Source: Candidatus Spechtbacterales bacterium
GTDB taxonomy: Bacteria > Patescibacteriota > Minisyncoccia > Spechtbacterales > 2-12-FULL-38-22
Direction: 5' to 3'
Assembly: GCA_033721415.1 (NCBI GenBank)
Contig: JAWWAH010000001.1
Coordinates: 1-40,242 of the forward strand
DNA length: 40,242 nt
A model generated the notes under the pieces. The model was not told where the DNA came from, searched no databases, and saw only the letters and a program-made list of their open reading frames with translations. This document shows positions 16,894 to 25,217 of the stretch, one piece after another (the stretch's first letter is position 1; the number at the start of each line of letters is the position of its first letter). Both the position numbers and the translations under genes were made by a program.

Positions 16894-18708
16894 ATGACTG
16901 TATTTCTTGGGTTTGGAATAGGAGGGGCTCTAATTGCCTTTCTAGTAATTATGCTGAACAAGCATGTTTCTACTCGCATGAGGGTTGCAACTTCTATATT
17001 CTTCGGACTTTTTGCCGGGTTTTCAGGATGGCTCTTCCTTCCTACTTTAAACTTCTGGTTTATAGCACCATGGTTTTTCTTGTTTTTCATAATAATGGGA
17101 GCGATTATTGTTTCTGTAATCTATACTGAGAAAATGCCCGACCCCCAAGTTTATATAGCTATTACGGTAGTTTTGGGAATCGCTGTATTCCCGACTTTTA
17201 CAAGCTGGAGTGCTTTGCATGCAAGTGATTATCACGAACTTATGCCTGAGCCTGTTACTAGTCGCTTTGCTGATGACGTATCTCCTGTCGATATTCGTCA
17301 GATACGCATTGTTGATCAGGAATTGGCTCATCGTTTAGGTGAGAAGCGCCTCGGTGAAATTCCAGGCCTTGGTTCAAGGGTTGAGCTTGGCACTATGAAT
17401 ATTCAGCTCATAGATGGATGTTTTGACATTCTTGATGGTAGAGAAAACACGCGTTCTCTTTGCCTTGATGATGCATTGTTCTGGGCAGGGCCTCTCAAGC
17501 ATAGTGGAGTCAATAAGCAGTGGACATTTGGGCATACACCCGGGTATGTTTTAGTTTCGGCAACAAATATGTCTGATATTTATATGGTTACTGCAGTTAG
17601 AAGTGTAGACGAGGAGTCTACTGACTCTAACGATGAAGCTAATCCTCGTATGGGCAATTCAGATACACTCAGCACAGGAGAGTTTGATAATCTTGAACTG
17701 CGTTATTTCCCTGATGGTGGATATTTTGATAAGTACCTGTTGCGACACCTGCGTACCCATGGATACATGAGCGAAGGTCTTACAGACTTTACTTTTGAGG
17801 TAAGCAATGACGGTAATCCGTACTGGGTTGTTACCAAGTACGTTCACCGTGTTGGCTTTAGTGGCAGCGATGCTGTCGGTGTATTGGTAGTTGATGCTCA
17901 AACTGGAGATATCAATGAATATTCTGTAGATAATGCCCCTGAGTGGATTGATAGAATTCAGCCGGAAGAGCTTGTTAGAGAACAGTTGAATGACCAAGGG
18001 AAATTCGTACATGGTTGGATGAATAGCTGGTGGGGCAAGAGAGATCTAAGAACCACCACTGAAGGCATGTCATTGGTTTATGGCGCGGATGGCAAAAGTT
18101 ACTGGTATACAGGCGTTCAGTCTGCAGGAGCCGATGAAGGCACAATGGGCTTCATGTTGGTCGATACACGCACCAAGGAGCCTCGTTGGTATCAGATTGC
18201 AGGAGCTACAGAAACTGCAGCTCGCGCTTCTGCCGAAAACGCTCCAGGCGCGCGAGAAGCAGAATATAGCGCAACTAATCCTATTCTTTATAATGTTGGT
18301 GGAGTACCCACTTACTTTATGACACTGAAGGGCGATGACGGCCTTGTAAAGATGTTTGCTTTTGTAAGCGTACAGAATTATGAAACTCTTGGTGTTGGAC
18401 GCTCTCTTAGTTCAGCTCTCAGAAATTACCAGTCCGCATTGAGTAGTCAAGGGCAGGACTTGTCAGCAGATGATCTTGTGGATCGCGTTCAGATTGAGGC
18501 TGTAGTTGCAGATGTTGCTATTGAAGAAGGGTTCTACTACATTCGCCTTGAGGGGATTAACGATAAGGAGTTTTACGGCTCTAGTGTTGTAAGTCCTGAA
18601 CTCAAATGGACTCGACCTGGAGATACGGTAGTTCTCACCTATGACGAAAGTGGACAATCCTCTGTGCTTATAGTTCGTTTTAATAATACGGGGTTGAATA
18701 TTAGATAA
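16894..18708 (+). CDS. Hypothetical membrane-anchored protein with a large extracytoplasmic domain
   Basis: 604 aa. About 4 N-terminal TM helices, then roughly 480 aa soluble. No motif recognised. Visibly GC-richer than the flanks. Confidence 0.7.
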   Translation: MTVFLGFGIGGALIAFLVIMLNKHVSTRMRVATSIFFGLFAGFSGWLFLPTLNFWFIAPWFFLFFIIMGAIIVSVIYTEKMPDPQVYIAITVVLGIAVFPTFTSWSALHASDYHELMPEPVTSRFADDVSPVDIRQIRIVDQELAHRLGEKRLGEIPGLGSRVELGTMNIQLIDGCFDILDGRENTRSLCLDDALFWAGPLKHSGVNKQWTFGHTPGYVLVSATNMSDIYMVTAVRSVDEESTDSNDEANPRMGNSDTLSTGEFDNLELRYFPDGGYFDKYLLRHLRTHGYMSEGLTDFTFEVSNDGNPYWVVTKYVHRVGFSGSDAVGVLVVDAQTGDINEYSVDNAPEWIDRIQPEELVREQLNDQGKFVHGWMNSWWGKRDLRTTTEGMSLVYGADGKSYWYTGVQSAGADEGTMGFMLVDTRTKEPRWYQIAGATETAARASAENAPGAREAEYSATNPILYNVGGVPTYFMTLKGDDGLVKMFAFVSVQNYETLGVGRSLSSALRNYQSALSSQGQDLSADDLVDRVQIEAVVADVAIEEGFYYIRLEGINDKEFYGSSVVSPELKWTRPGDTVVLTYDESGQSSVLIVRFNNTGLNIR

Positions 18709-18718
18709 TATAAACCCT

Positions 18719-18750
18719 AACACCCGCCAAATAATTGGCGGGTGTTTTTT
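18719..18750 (+). terminator. Intrinsic terminator
   Basis: aacacccgccaa-ataa-ttggcgggtgtt followed by a T-run. Confidence 0.8.
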
Positions 18751-18804
18751 AATAAAATGGTCTGGTATAATGAAATATAACTTTTACTTACTATCTATTA
18801 AGAG

Positions 18805-19818
18805 ATGGACTTAACAAAATCTACAAAAATTATAATATCATTATCTTTAATTGCCGGTGCGGCAATTGTTTTTGTGTATGTACAACAAACACAGACAAAT
18901 CCTAATATAGAGGTTGTTGTGAACAATTCTTCAGAAAGTGATAATAACATAACTCACCCCATGGCAATTGAAAATCTTCGCCAGCGTGAATATCCTGGAG
19001 GTGAATTTACAATTGAAGAAGAATTACCAGGAGGTTTAAACCATAGTCAATACATAGCATCGTACTTGTCAGAAGGATTAAAGATATACGGACTCTTAAC
19101 CATTCCTGATTCCCCGATGCCTGAAGGCGGGTATCCAGCAGTTGTCTTTGTACATGGTTATATTCCTCCTAATGAATATTCAACAACAGGAAGCTATCCA
19201 ACTTATCCTTTATATTTAGCTAGAAATGGGTTTATCGTATTTAAGCCTGATTTGCGCGGTCATGGCAGAAGTGAAGGAGAGCCTGTAAGTGCACATTATT
19301 CAGAGAAGTATGTAATTGATACACTTTACTCTATAAACTATCTCAAAAATCATGAATTAGTTAATCCTAATCGTATAGGTTATTGGGGCCATTCTAATGG
19401 GGGTCAAATAGGATTGCGCACAGCACTTATTGATCCAACTATTAAGGCAGCCTCTCTTTGGGCAGGGGTTGTAGGTAGTTACGAAGCAATGTTTGAAACT
19501 TATGCAAATAACATGGATTTTATTGATACCGAAAATCCGTTAACACGAGAATATGGCATACCTAGCGAAGGTGGAGAGTTTTGGCGTGCTGTTGAACCCT
19601 ATGAGTATTTAGGAGATATTGAAATACCCATAGAACTGCAACATGGAACAGAAGATAAAAGTGTTCCAGTAGAGCTCTCTGTAGAACTAAAAGACGCACT
19701 TGAATCTAGAGAAAAAGATGTTGTGTACCATGAGTACGAAGGAGATGATCATAATATAAGCATGAATGTAAATACTGCTTGGCAGAGAAGTATAAGTTTT
19801 TTTAAAGAAAACTTATAA
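18805..19818 (+). CDS. Alpha/beta hydrolase (S9 peptidase / dienelactone-hydrolase-like), N-terminal membrane anchor
   Basis: 337 aa. Nucleophile elbow GHSNGG, a downstream acidic residue (HGTEDKSVP) and His (GDDHN) in the canonical order. Confidence 0.75.
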   Translation: MDLTKSTKIIISLSLIAGAAIVFVYVQQTQTNPNIEVVVNNSSESDNNITHPMAIENLRQREYPGGEFTIEEELPGGLNHSQYIASYLSEGLKIYGLLTIPDSPMPEGGYPAVVFVHGYIPPNEYSTTGSYPTYPLYLARNGFIVFKPDLRGHGRSEGEPVSAHYSEKYVIDTLYSINYLKNHELVNPNRIGYWGHSNGGQIGLRTALIDPTIKAASLWAGVVGSYEAMFETYANNMDFIDTENPLTREYGIPSEGGEFWRAVEPYEYLGDIEIPIELQHGTEDKSVPVELSVELKDALESREKDVVYHEYEGDDHNISMNVNTAWQRSISFFKENL

Positions 19819-19848
19819 CAAAAATCACTTGTCTGATTTGTAGCAAAT

Positions 19849-19879
19849 AAAAAGACACTTCTAGTAGAGGTGTCTTTTT
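19849..19879. terminator. Bidirectional terminator
   Basis: Near-palindrome aaaaagacacttcta-g-tagaggtgtcttttt, between convergent genes. Confidence 0.7.
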
Positions 19880-19896
19880 ATTTAAGTAAGATATTT

Positions 19897-20832
19897 TTAT
19901 TCTTGTACGCTTTTTACCGTCATTGTTGTTGATGCTATAGTAATGTCTTTTTCTTCTTTTAACGCTCTCAACAAGCTTTCACTTATTCGATTTGCAACTA
20001 ACCTTCTTTCGTATACAGGGCACACATACCTTGCGGTAAAATTAATCCAGTTATCAGTTAGAGATGTAAATACAGAAGGCAGAGTATCCCTTTCTTCTAT
20101 GTAGTATTTTTCTCGCATAGCAGCAAGATGATCTCGTGCGTTTTCTTGGTAATCTTCTGTTTCTCTTCTTAGGGTTTCGGTTATTACTTCTTTAGCTTTT
20201 TCCCAATCGCTGTCGTATGTAATGGGAAGAGTTATTTCATCCCATATAAAAGTATAATCTTGAGTATAATTATTAATTACACCAGATACAAGGCTTCCGT
20301 TAGGAATTTTTGTTATTCTTCCTGTGGCCTGGTCTCCCTTTACCCATTCCTTAATCTCTACCAATGATGTGTATAACATGCCAATATCAAATACATCACC
20401 AGTTTTTCCATTTAATTCTATTCTATCCCCAATAGTATAAGGGCGTTTTGTAAACAATATAATACCACCCACAATATTACCAAAGAAATTTTGTAGAGAA
20501 ATAGCTACACCAGCACCTATAAGACCATAGGCTACTAAAAGAGTTTGAACATTTTTTATCCATATAGCCACTAAGATTATGAGTAATAAGGTGACATGCG
20601 CAAAAAATAGCGATTTTTTAAATGCGTAACGCGCTTTTCTTTCTTTTATATTTCTATCAGCGTATTTTTCAAGTATTATATGGGTAATAAAGTATATGCC
20701 AGCTAGGGCAAAAAAACTATAAGATATTTTATCAAAATGATATCTGGGGTATTGTATTTGAAAAATATTAAATATACCACCTAAGGCGAGTATTGTTGCA
20801 AATGCGAAAAATTTTTTAAATAGATTTACCAT
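19897..20832 (-). CDS. Mechanosensitive ion channel family protein (MscS-like)
   Basis: 311 aa. N-terminal TMs and the beta-domain motif GDRIELNGKTGDVFDIGMLYTSL. Confidence 0.85.
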   Translation of the reverse strand: MVNLFKKFFAFATILALGGIFNIFQIQYPRYHFDKISYSFFALAGIYFITHIILEKYADRNIKERKARYAFKKSLFFAHVTLLLIILVAIWIKNVQTLLVAYGLIGAGVAISLQNFFGNIVGGIILFTKRPYTIGDRIELNGKTGDVFDIGMLYTSLVEIKEWVKGDQATGRITKIPNGSLVSGVINNYTQDYTFIWDEITLPITYDSDWEKAKEVITETLRRETEDYQENARDHLAAMREKYYIEERDTLPSVFTSLTDNWINFTARYVCPVYERRLVANRISESLLRALKEEKDITIASTTMTVKSVQE

Positions 20833-20905
20833 GATTTTATTATAACATGATCACCTTGTACACATACATAAAATCTACCCAATCTTTAGCCCAAGATACC
20901 CACAC

Positions 20906-20934
20906 TTGAACCTTTTTATTATTTGTTGTATTAT
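20906..20934 (+). promoter_or_regulatory. Sigma-70-like promoter for the 20969 gene
   Basis: TTGAAC (20906-20911), 17-nt spacer, TATTAT (20929-20934). AGGAGG and the ATG at 20969 lie downstream. Confidence 0.4.
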
Positions 20935-20968
20935 ATGTACATTCGTACCTAATAAGAGGAGGTTGAAA

Positions 20969-21505
20969 ATGCGAATCACAGAAAAAGATATAGATATTGG
21001 CCTCAGGATTGCTAATACGGAAGATACCGAGCTCCGTGCTCTATTTGATGAAGAGCTTATGCAAAAAGCAGCTCCATTGCGGAGCAGAGTTTCTATGCTG
21101 GCACAAGCTTCTGCTATAGTAGCATATCCCGATGATGAAGATAAATTAGAGCGAGAGCAGGCAAAGTATGATGTGTTTAATGCTTTTATGTTTTTTGCGG
21201 GCTCTGTCTGGGCATCGCTTGATTTCCACTTTCCAAGTGTACGTCTAGAAGAAGTTCGTGCATCGCGTAATTCTAGTCAACCTCGCTGGGTAATCATACA
21301 AGCAATTGGCATGTATTCGCCCATTTCTTTTATATATGAATTTCAGAAAATGATTTCTGGCCACAAGTACGAGCGACTATCCTATAAACTCTTAGTTTTG
21401 TGCGATCTTGTTCTTAATGCTGCTCTTAAAGAAGAGAATTTCTCTCTTGCATCAGGGCAGGATATTGTTAAAGAGGCCGAGCGCCTTCTTTCACAATCTA
21501 CTTAA
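20969..21505 (+). CDS. Hypothetical protein (orphan)
   Basis: AGGAGG lies 6 nt before the ATG at 20969. The upstream TTG start in the track overlaps the putative promoter. Confidence 0.6.
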   Translation: MRITEKDIDIGLRIANTEDTELRALFDEELMQKAAPLRSRVSMLAQASAIVAYPDDEDKLEREQAKYDVFNAFMFFAGSVWASLDFHFPSVRLEEVRASRNSSQPRWVIIQAIGMYSPISFIYEFQKMISGHKYERLSYKLLVLCDLVLNAALKEENFSLASGQDIVKEAERLLSQST

Positions 21506-21511
21506 GCATAT

Positions 21512-21556
21512 GCCCCCACCTGAGTAAAAAGCCCTTACTCAAATGGGGGCTTTTTT
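21512..21556 (+). terminator. Intrinsic terminator (nested hairpin)
   Basis: gccccca-cc-tgagtaa-aaagccc-ttactca-aa-tgggggc followed by T6. Confidence 0.75.
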
Positions 21557-21660
21557 ATTGCTTCTATGTCGCAAGAGCTTCATTCCCTCTTAATGAGGGA
21601 TATGTGTTATAATAAGCATAGTAGATTTAAGAATATAATTATTAATAAATAAAATATATT

Positions 21661-22224
21661 ATGGTTTTTTCAATTTTGTCACGTCTTGTTAAAGGCGTAA
21701 AAGGAGGAGTTACCTCTGGTTTGGAGGGAGTTACTGATGTTGCTGGTGCGGTTGTAGGAGCGGTTAAAAATGTAACCGTAACCACCTTAAAAGAATCTGG
21801 AGAATTTGTTTCTCAAGGAGTAGATGCTGCAGCATCCATTGTTAAAGGCTCTATAGAAGGAGTTTCAGCTGTAGGAGGTTCCGTTGTTAAAGCTCTTAAG
21901 GGAGTAGTTTCAGGAACAGTTCAAGGAATGATGGATTCTGGAGCAAAGCAGGATGAGGCTGTTCGTGGAGCAGTAGGGCAAGCTGTTCACAGCGCCAAAG
22001 AACTTGGAAAGGATGTTGGAGACGCTGCTGTAGCATCTGTTAAAGGTGCAGTAGATGGCGTTAAGCAAGTTGGTGGTGATACTGCTACTGCTACAAAAAC
22101 ATCTGTACTGGCTGCCCTAAATGCTGCTAAAGAAATAGGAGATGAAACTTTAAGTTCTGTTAAAGAGTCTCTTGTTGCAGGAGTAGATGGAGCAAAAGAC
22201 ATTATAGACGCAGCAAAAGAGTAA
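21661..22224 (+). CDS. Gly/Val/Ala/Lys-rich repeat protein of unknown function
   Basis: 187 aa with reiterated xVKGxVxGV-type segments, no Cys/Trp/Pro and no TM. The antisense ORF is spurious. Confidence 0.55.
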   Translation: MVFSILSRLVKGVKGGVTSGLEGVTDVAGAVVGAVKNVTVTTLKESGEFVSQGVDAAASIVKGSIEGVSAVGGSVVKALKGVVSGTVQGMMDSGAKQDEAVRGAVGQAVHSAKELGKDVGDAAVASVKGAVDGVKQVGGDTATATKTSVLAALNAAKEIGDETLSSVKESLVAGVDGAKDIIDAAKE

Positions 22225-22245
22225 ACTCATTTTCTAAAAACATAA

Positions 22246-22278
22246 TTAAAACCCCTACGAGGAGCGTAGGGGTTTTAA
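22246..22278 (+). terminator. Intrinsic terminator
   Basis: ttaaaacccctacg-aggag-cgtaggggttttaa. Confidence 0.75.
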
Positions 22279-22363
22279 TTATGAGCATTGTTATTTGGGG
22301 GCTTTTTTTACTTTATTTAATTTACATGAGACAATGATAAATATAAGCAATATTAATATTTTT

Positions 22364-23575
22364 ATGAAGAAAATAATCATTATTGGCGCAGGTACAGCAG
22401 GTACAATAATCGCTAATAAGTTGCAAAAAATAAATCGAAACAATAGGTTTGAAATAACAGTTATAGATAAACAGTCAATTCATTACTATCAACCGGGCTA
22501 TCTTTTTCTTCCGTTTGGAAAACTTGAAGAACATCAGGTAAAAAAAGATAAAAAAGATTTATTTATAGATGGGGTTAACTTAGAAATATCTAAAGTATCA
22601 AAAATAGATGCTGAAAATAACCGCTTAATAATGGAAGACGGAAATAGTAAGCCATACGATCTCCTTGTAATAGCAACCGGTGTCAACATAAGGCCAGATG
22701 AAACAGAGGGTATGACCGGCGACTTATGGTATAAAAATATTTTTGATTTTTACACCATGGAGGGAGCAAAAAAATTACGAGAAGCCCTCAAGAGCTTTAA
22801 TGGTGGCGATTTAGTTATGCACATAGTAGAGATGCCTATAAAGTGTCCTGTTGCTCCTTTAGAGTTCGTATTTTTGGTAGATGAATACCTACGGGATAGA
22901 GGTATTAGAGATAAAACGAACATAAAGTACGTAACACCTCTCGAGGGTGCATTTACCAGACCTCTTGCAGCTAAAAAATTAGGAGGATTACTGGAGGAAA
23001 GAAACATAAAGATAGTGCCAAACTTTGGCACCGAAAAAATAGACAACGAACAACAAATGCTTCTCGGTTATGATGGCAGAGAAGTTGGTTTTGATTTGCT
23101 AGTGACTGTGCCTACCAACATGGGAAGCAATCTTATCGAAAGCTCTGGACTTGGCAATGAACTAAATCTTGTTCCTACCAATCAGTATTCATTACAATCA
23201 AAAAAACATAAAAACATTTTTGTTGCAGGCGATGCAAGTGACATACCGGCATCAAAAGCTGGTTCAGTAGCTCATTTTCAAGCAGAAACCATAATCACAA
23301 ACATACTAAGATATTTTAAAGGAAAGAAGATGAAAGAGAGCTTTAAAGGCCATGCAAATTGTTTCATAGAAACAGGGGATAATAAGGGCGTAATGATTGA
23401 TTTTGATTATGACAACGAACCCAACGTCAGAAAAATACCGTTCGAAGGCATAGGCCCCTTTTCTGGATTAAGTGAAAGCAGAATAAATCATTGGGGTAAA
23501 GTTACAATGCGCCAATATTATTGGAATATACTTCTTAAGGATAGATTTTCAAAAATATTAAACTTAATTAAGTAA
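22364..23575 (+). CDS. FAD-dependent pyridine nucleotide-disulfide oxidoreductase, sulfide:quinone oxidoreductase (SQR)-like
   Basis: Start taken at MKKIIIIGAGTAGT (Rossmann GxGxxG). Redox Cys candidates lie in IKCPVAPLE and HANCFIETG, spaced as in SQRs. A second FAD motif is VAGDAS. Confidence 0.75.
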   Translation: MKKIIIIGAGTAGTIIANKLQKINRNNRFEITVIDKQSIHYYQPGYLFLPFGKLEEHQVKKDKKDLFIDGVNLEISKVSKIDAENNRLIMEDGNSKPYDLLVIATGVNIRPDETEGMTGDLWYKNIFDFYTMEGAKKLREALKSFNGGDLVMHIVEMPIKCPVAPLEFVFLVDEYLRDRGIRDKTNIKYVTPLEGAFTRPLAAKKLGGLLEERNIKIVPNFGTEKIDNEQQMLLGYDGREVGFDLLVTVPTNMGSNLIESSGLGNELNLVPTNQYSLQSKKHKNIFVAGDASDIPASKAGSVAHFQAETIITNILRYFKGKKMKESFKGHANCFIETGDNKGVMIDFDYDNEPNVRKIPFEGIGPFSGLSESRINHWGKVTMRQYYWNILLKDRFSKILNLIK

Positions 23576-23611
23576 AAGGTCTGTAAATATAATTAAAATT
23601 TATTTTTAAAT

Positions 23612-23920
23612 ATGCAAAAAACTTACTTAGGGAAACAATTAGAGGTGGATGAAAACGGCCACCTTGTAAACCCTGAAGACTGGAGCAAGGAAATTGCAAG
23701 TGCAATAGCAAAAGACATGGGAATTGAGCTTACTGATAAACACTGGGAATTAATTGAATATCTACGAAAAGAAGCAGAGAACAATGAAAGCATGTCTATT
23801 AGGAAAGTTGGAAAATCGGGGATAGTTACAATAAAAGAATTTTATAATTTATTTCCGAGAGGGCCGCTTAAAAATGCAAGCAAAATTGCAGGGCTTCCTA
23901 AACCGGAAAGTTGTCTATAA
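23612..23920 (+). CDS. TusE/DsrC/DsvC family sulfur relay protein
   Basis: 102 aa. C-terminal arm GLPKPESCL carries the conserved near-terminal Cys. No second Cys lies about 10 residues upstream, so it is TusE-type rather than bona fide DsrC. Confidence 0.8.
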   Translation: MQKTYLGKQLEVDENGHLVNPEDWSKEIASAIAKDMGIELTDKHWELIEYLRKEAENNESMSIRKVGKSGIVTIKEFYNLFPRGPLKNASKIAGLPKPESCL

Positions 23921-23922
23921 AC

Positions 23923-24399
23923 ATGGAACAACCACCAATTAAAAAAATTAGTATAATTTTATCTAAAGCTACAATCGAAAACGCCTATGCTGCAATGATA
24001 ATGGCACATGGAGCAAGAAGCGAAGGTATAGAAGCAAATTTATTTTTCACTTTTTTTGGCTTAGAGGTTATTACAAAGGATAAATTGAAAGATTTACGTG
24101 TTGCTACAGTAGGAAACCCTGCTATGCACATACCATCTCTTGTTGGGATATTACCCGGAATGCAGGCCCTGGGAACAAAGATGATGAAAAAGCAAATGGA
24201 AAAACTTGATGTGCCTGATATAGATGAATTCTTAGAAATGTTAGATGCCGAAGGAGTTAAATTTTATGCATGCAAAATGACCTACGATATGTTTAATCTT
24301 CAAAAAGAAGATTTATGGGAGGGCGTTAGCGATGTAGTAACAGTTGGTAATTTCTATCAGCTTGCAGGAGGTGATAATTCTGAAATTGTTTTTGTTTAG
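23923..24399 (+). CDS. DsrE/DsrF-like family protein
   Basis: About 158 aa from the ATG at 23923, 2 nt after the preceding stop. KISIILSKATIENAYAAMIMA is a Rossmann-like start, and YACKMTYD carries a candidate Cys, as in DsrE-like sulfurtransferases. Confidence 0.7.
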   Translation: MEQPPIKKISIILSKATIENAYAAMIMAHGARSEGIEANLFFTFFGLEVITKDKLKDLRVATVGNPAMHIPSLVGILPGMQALGTKMMKKQMEKLDVPDIDEFLEMLDAEGVKFYACKMTYDMFNLQKEDLWEGVSDVVTVGNFYQLAGGDNSEIVFV

Positions 24400-24424
24400 A
24401 TAAGCACACTTTTTTTCAAATTAT

Positions 24425-24448
24425 AAAAGCCCCTTCAGCGGGGCTTTT
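24425..24448. terminator. Hairpin terminator (AAAAGCCCC/GGGGCTTTT type), copy 1
   Basis: aaaagcccc-ttcagc-ggggctttt. Confidence 0.7.
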
Positions 24449-24458
24449 ATAATACATT

Positions 24459-24476
24459 TGTTGCCTCGCAGGGATT
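24459..24476. repeat. 18-nt exact direct repeat of the tRNA-Gln 3' end (distal copy)
   Basis: tgttgcctcgcagggatt is identical to 26505-26522. The match resumes with cgaacccc at 24571-24578 (= 26523-26530) after a 94-nt insertion. Confidence 0.85.
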
Positions 24477-24597
24477 TGGGCGTCAAGTCACTAAGCTCTC
24501 TCTGCGCCTTTGGCTTGAGCTTGCTAAGTGCTTCCACCCCGGACTTCTTCGCTTTGCTCAGTCCGTCTTTCGAACCCCTGCAGAAAACTCAGGCAAC
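24460..24597 (-). ncRNA. Candidate structured RNA: tRNA-Gln-derived acceptor/T-arm mimic with a 94-nt structured insertion in the T-loop
   Basis: Helices on the minus strand are as follows. P1 pairs 24591-24597 with 24460-24466 (7 bp). P2 pairs 24576-24581 with 24468-24473 (6 bp, opening with GTTCGAA). H1 pairs 24560-24565 with 24540-24545. P3 pairs 24535-24539 with 24478-24482. H2 pairs 24517-24530 with 24489-24498 (10 bp plus a 4-nt bulge). P3 contains a pair, and a possible one-pair extension of P2 (24582 with 24467) would be another, that is G-U on the minus strand but A-C on plus. The element is GC-rich in an AT-rich context and has no ORF. Confidence 0.4.
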
Positions 24598-24599
24598 TT

Positions 24600-24622
24600 A
24601 AAAGCCCCATTCAGGGGCTTTT
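24600..24622. terminator. Hairpin terminator (AAAAGCCCC/GGGGCTTTT type), copy 2
   Basis: aaaagcccc-attca-ggggctttt. It has the same stem as 24425-24448 and lies downstream of the NMNAT gene on the minus strand. Confidence 0.7.
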
Positions 24623-24656
24623 AATGTCGCGGTTGCCTCTTTGCGACTCGAACTTG

Positions 24657-25142
24657 CTATAATTCTTTTATCATTTCAAAAACTTCTTTGGGAACCTTTT
24701 CACCAATCGCTTCAAGATTTCCTTTCTGCATATATTTTCTTACCTCTGTAGCTGAAATTGCTTCGTGTCTTTCAAACTGTTTAATTTCCGGTTTAACTTT
24801 ATTCCAATGAACTGAATAATCATCTCCGGTATAAATATGGGTTGGCAAATGCCCTGTTAGCGATAAAACACAGCTTGCAAAAACAACATCCCACTGGGCA
24901 TCTTCTGAATATGGCTGTTCGAGATCAAGATTAGCGCCTACAAATAATTTATCGTTATCTTTATATACATTTTTAGCCATTTTCATCCTTGTTTGCATAT
25001 CAAAAACATTTCTCTCGTCATCTTTTCCAACTGAACCAATAAGAATAACGCCCAAGTCGCACTCTTCGAGCATTTTATCTACTAAAAATTTATGTCCGTT
25101 GTGGAAGGGCTGGAACCTTCCGTGCACCAATCCTACTTTCAT
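24657..25142 (-). CDS. Nicotinamide-nucleotide adenylyltransferase, archaeal NadM-type (cytidylyltransferase superfamily)
   Basis: 161 aa. It has N-terminal GRFQPFHNGH ((H/T)xGH motif) and C-terminal ISATEVR (ISxTxxR motif). Confidence 0.8.
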   Translation of the reverse strand: MKVGLVHGRFQPFHNGHKFLVDKMLEECDLGVILIGSVGKDDERNVFDMQTRMKMAKNVYKDNDKLFVGANLDLEQPYSEDAQWDVVFASCVLSLTGHLPTHIYTGDDYSVHWNKVKPEIKQFERHEAISATEVRKYMQKGNLEAIGEKVPKEVFEMIKEL

Positions 25143-25180
25143 ATATCAACATTATATCATATAAATATAGCTCGCATTAA

Positions 25181-25210
25181 AATAAAACCCCGAACTATAA
25201 AGTTCGGGGT
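25181..25210 (-). terminator. Intrinsic terminator of the radical SAM gene
   Basis: Minus RNA accccgaacu-uuau-aguucggggu followed by UUUUAUUUU. Confidence 0.75.
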
Positions 25211-25217
25211 GAATGTA

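Noticed and set aside
21644-21649. Second TATAAT 12 nt before the 21661 start (leaderless-type promoter)
   Set aside because: In this AT-rich leader I cannot tell it apart from the extended -10 at 21605-21613. I assert neither as a feature.
24624-24656. tRNA 3'-end-like string GTTGCCTC-N8-TCGAAC abutting the NMNAT stop codon
   Set aside because: There is no matching 5' half, since the upstream sequence is coding. It is a diverged fragment, not a gene, and is used only as supporting evidence for repeated events at tRNA-Gln.
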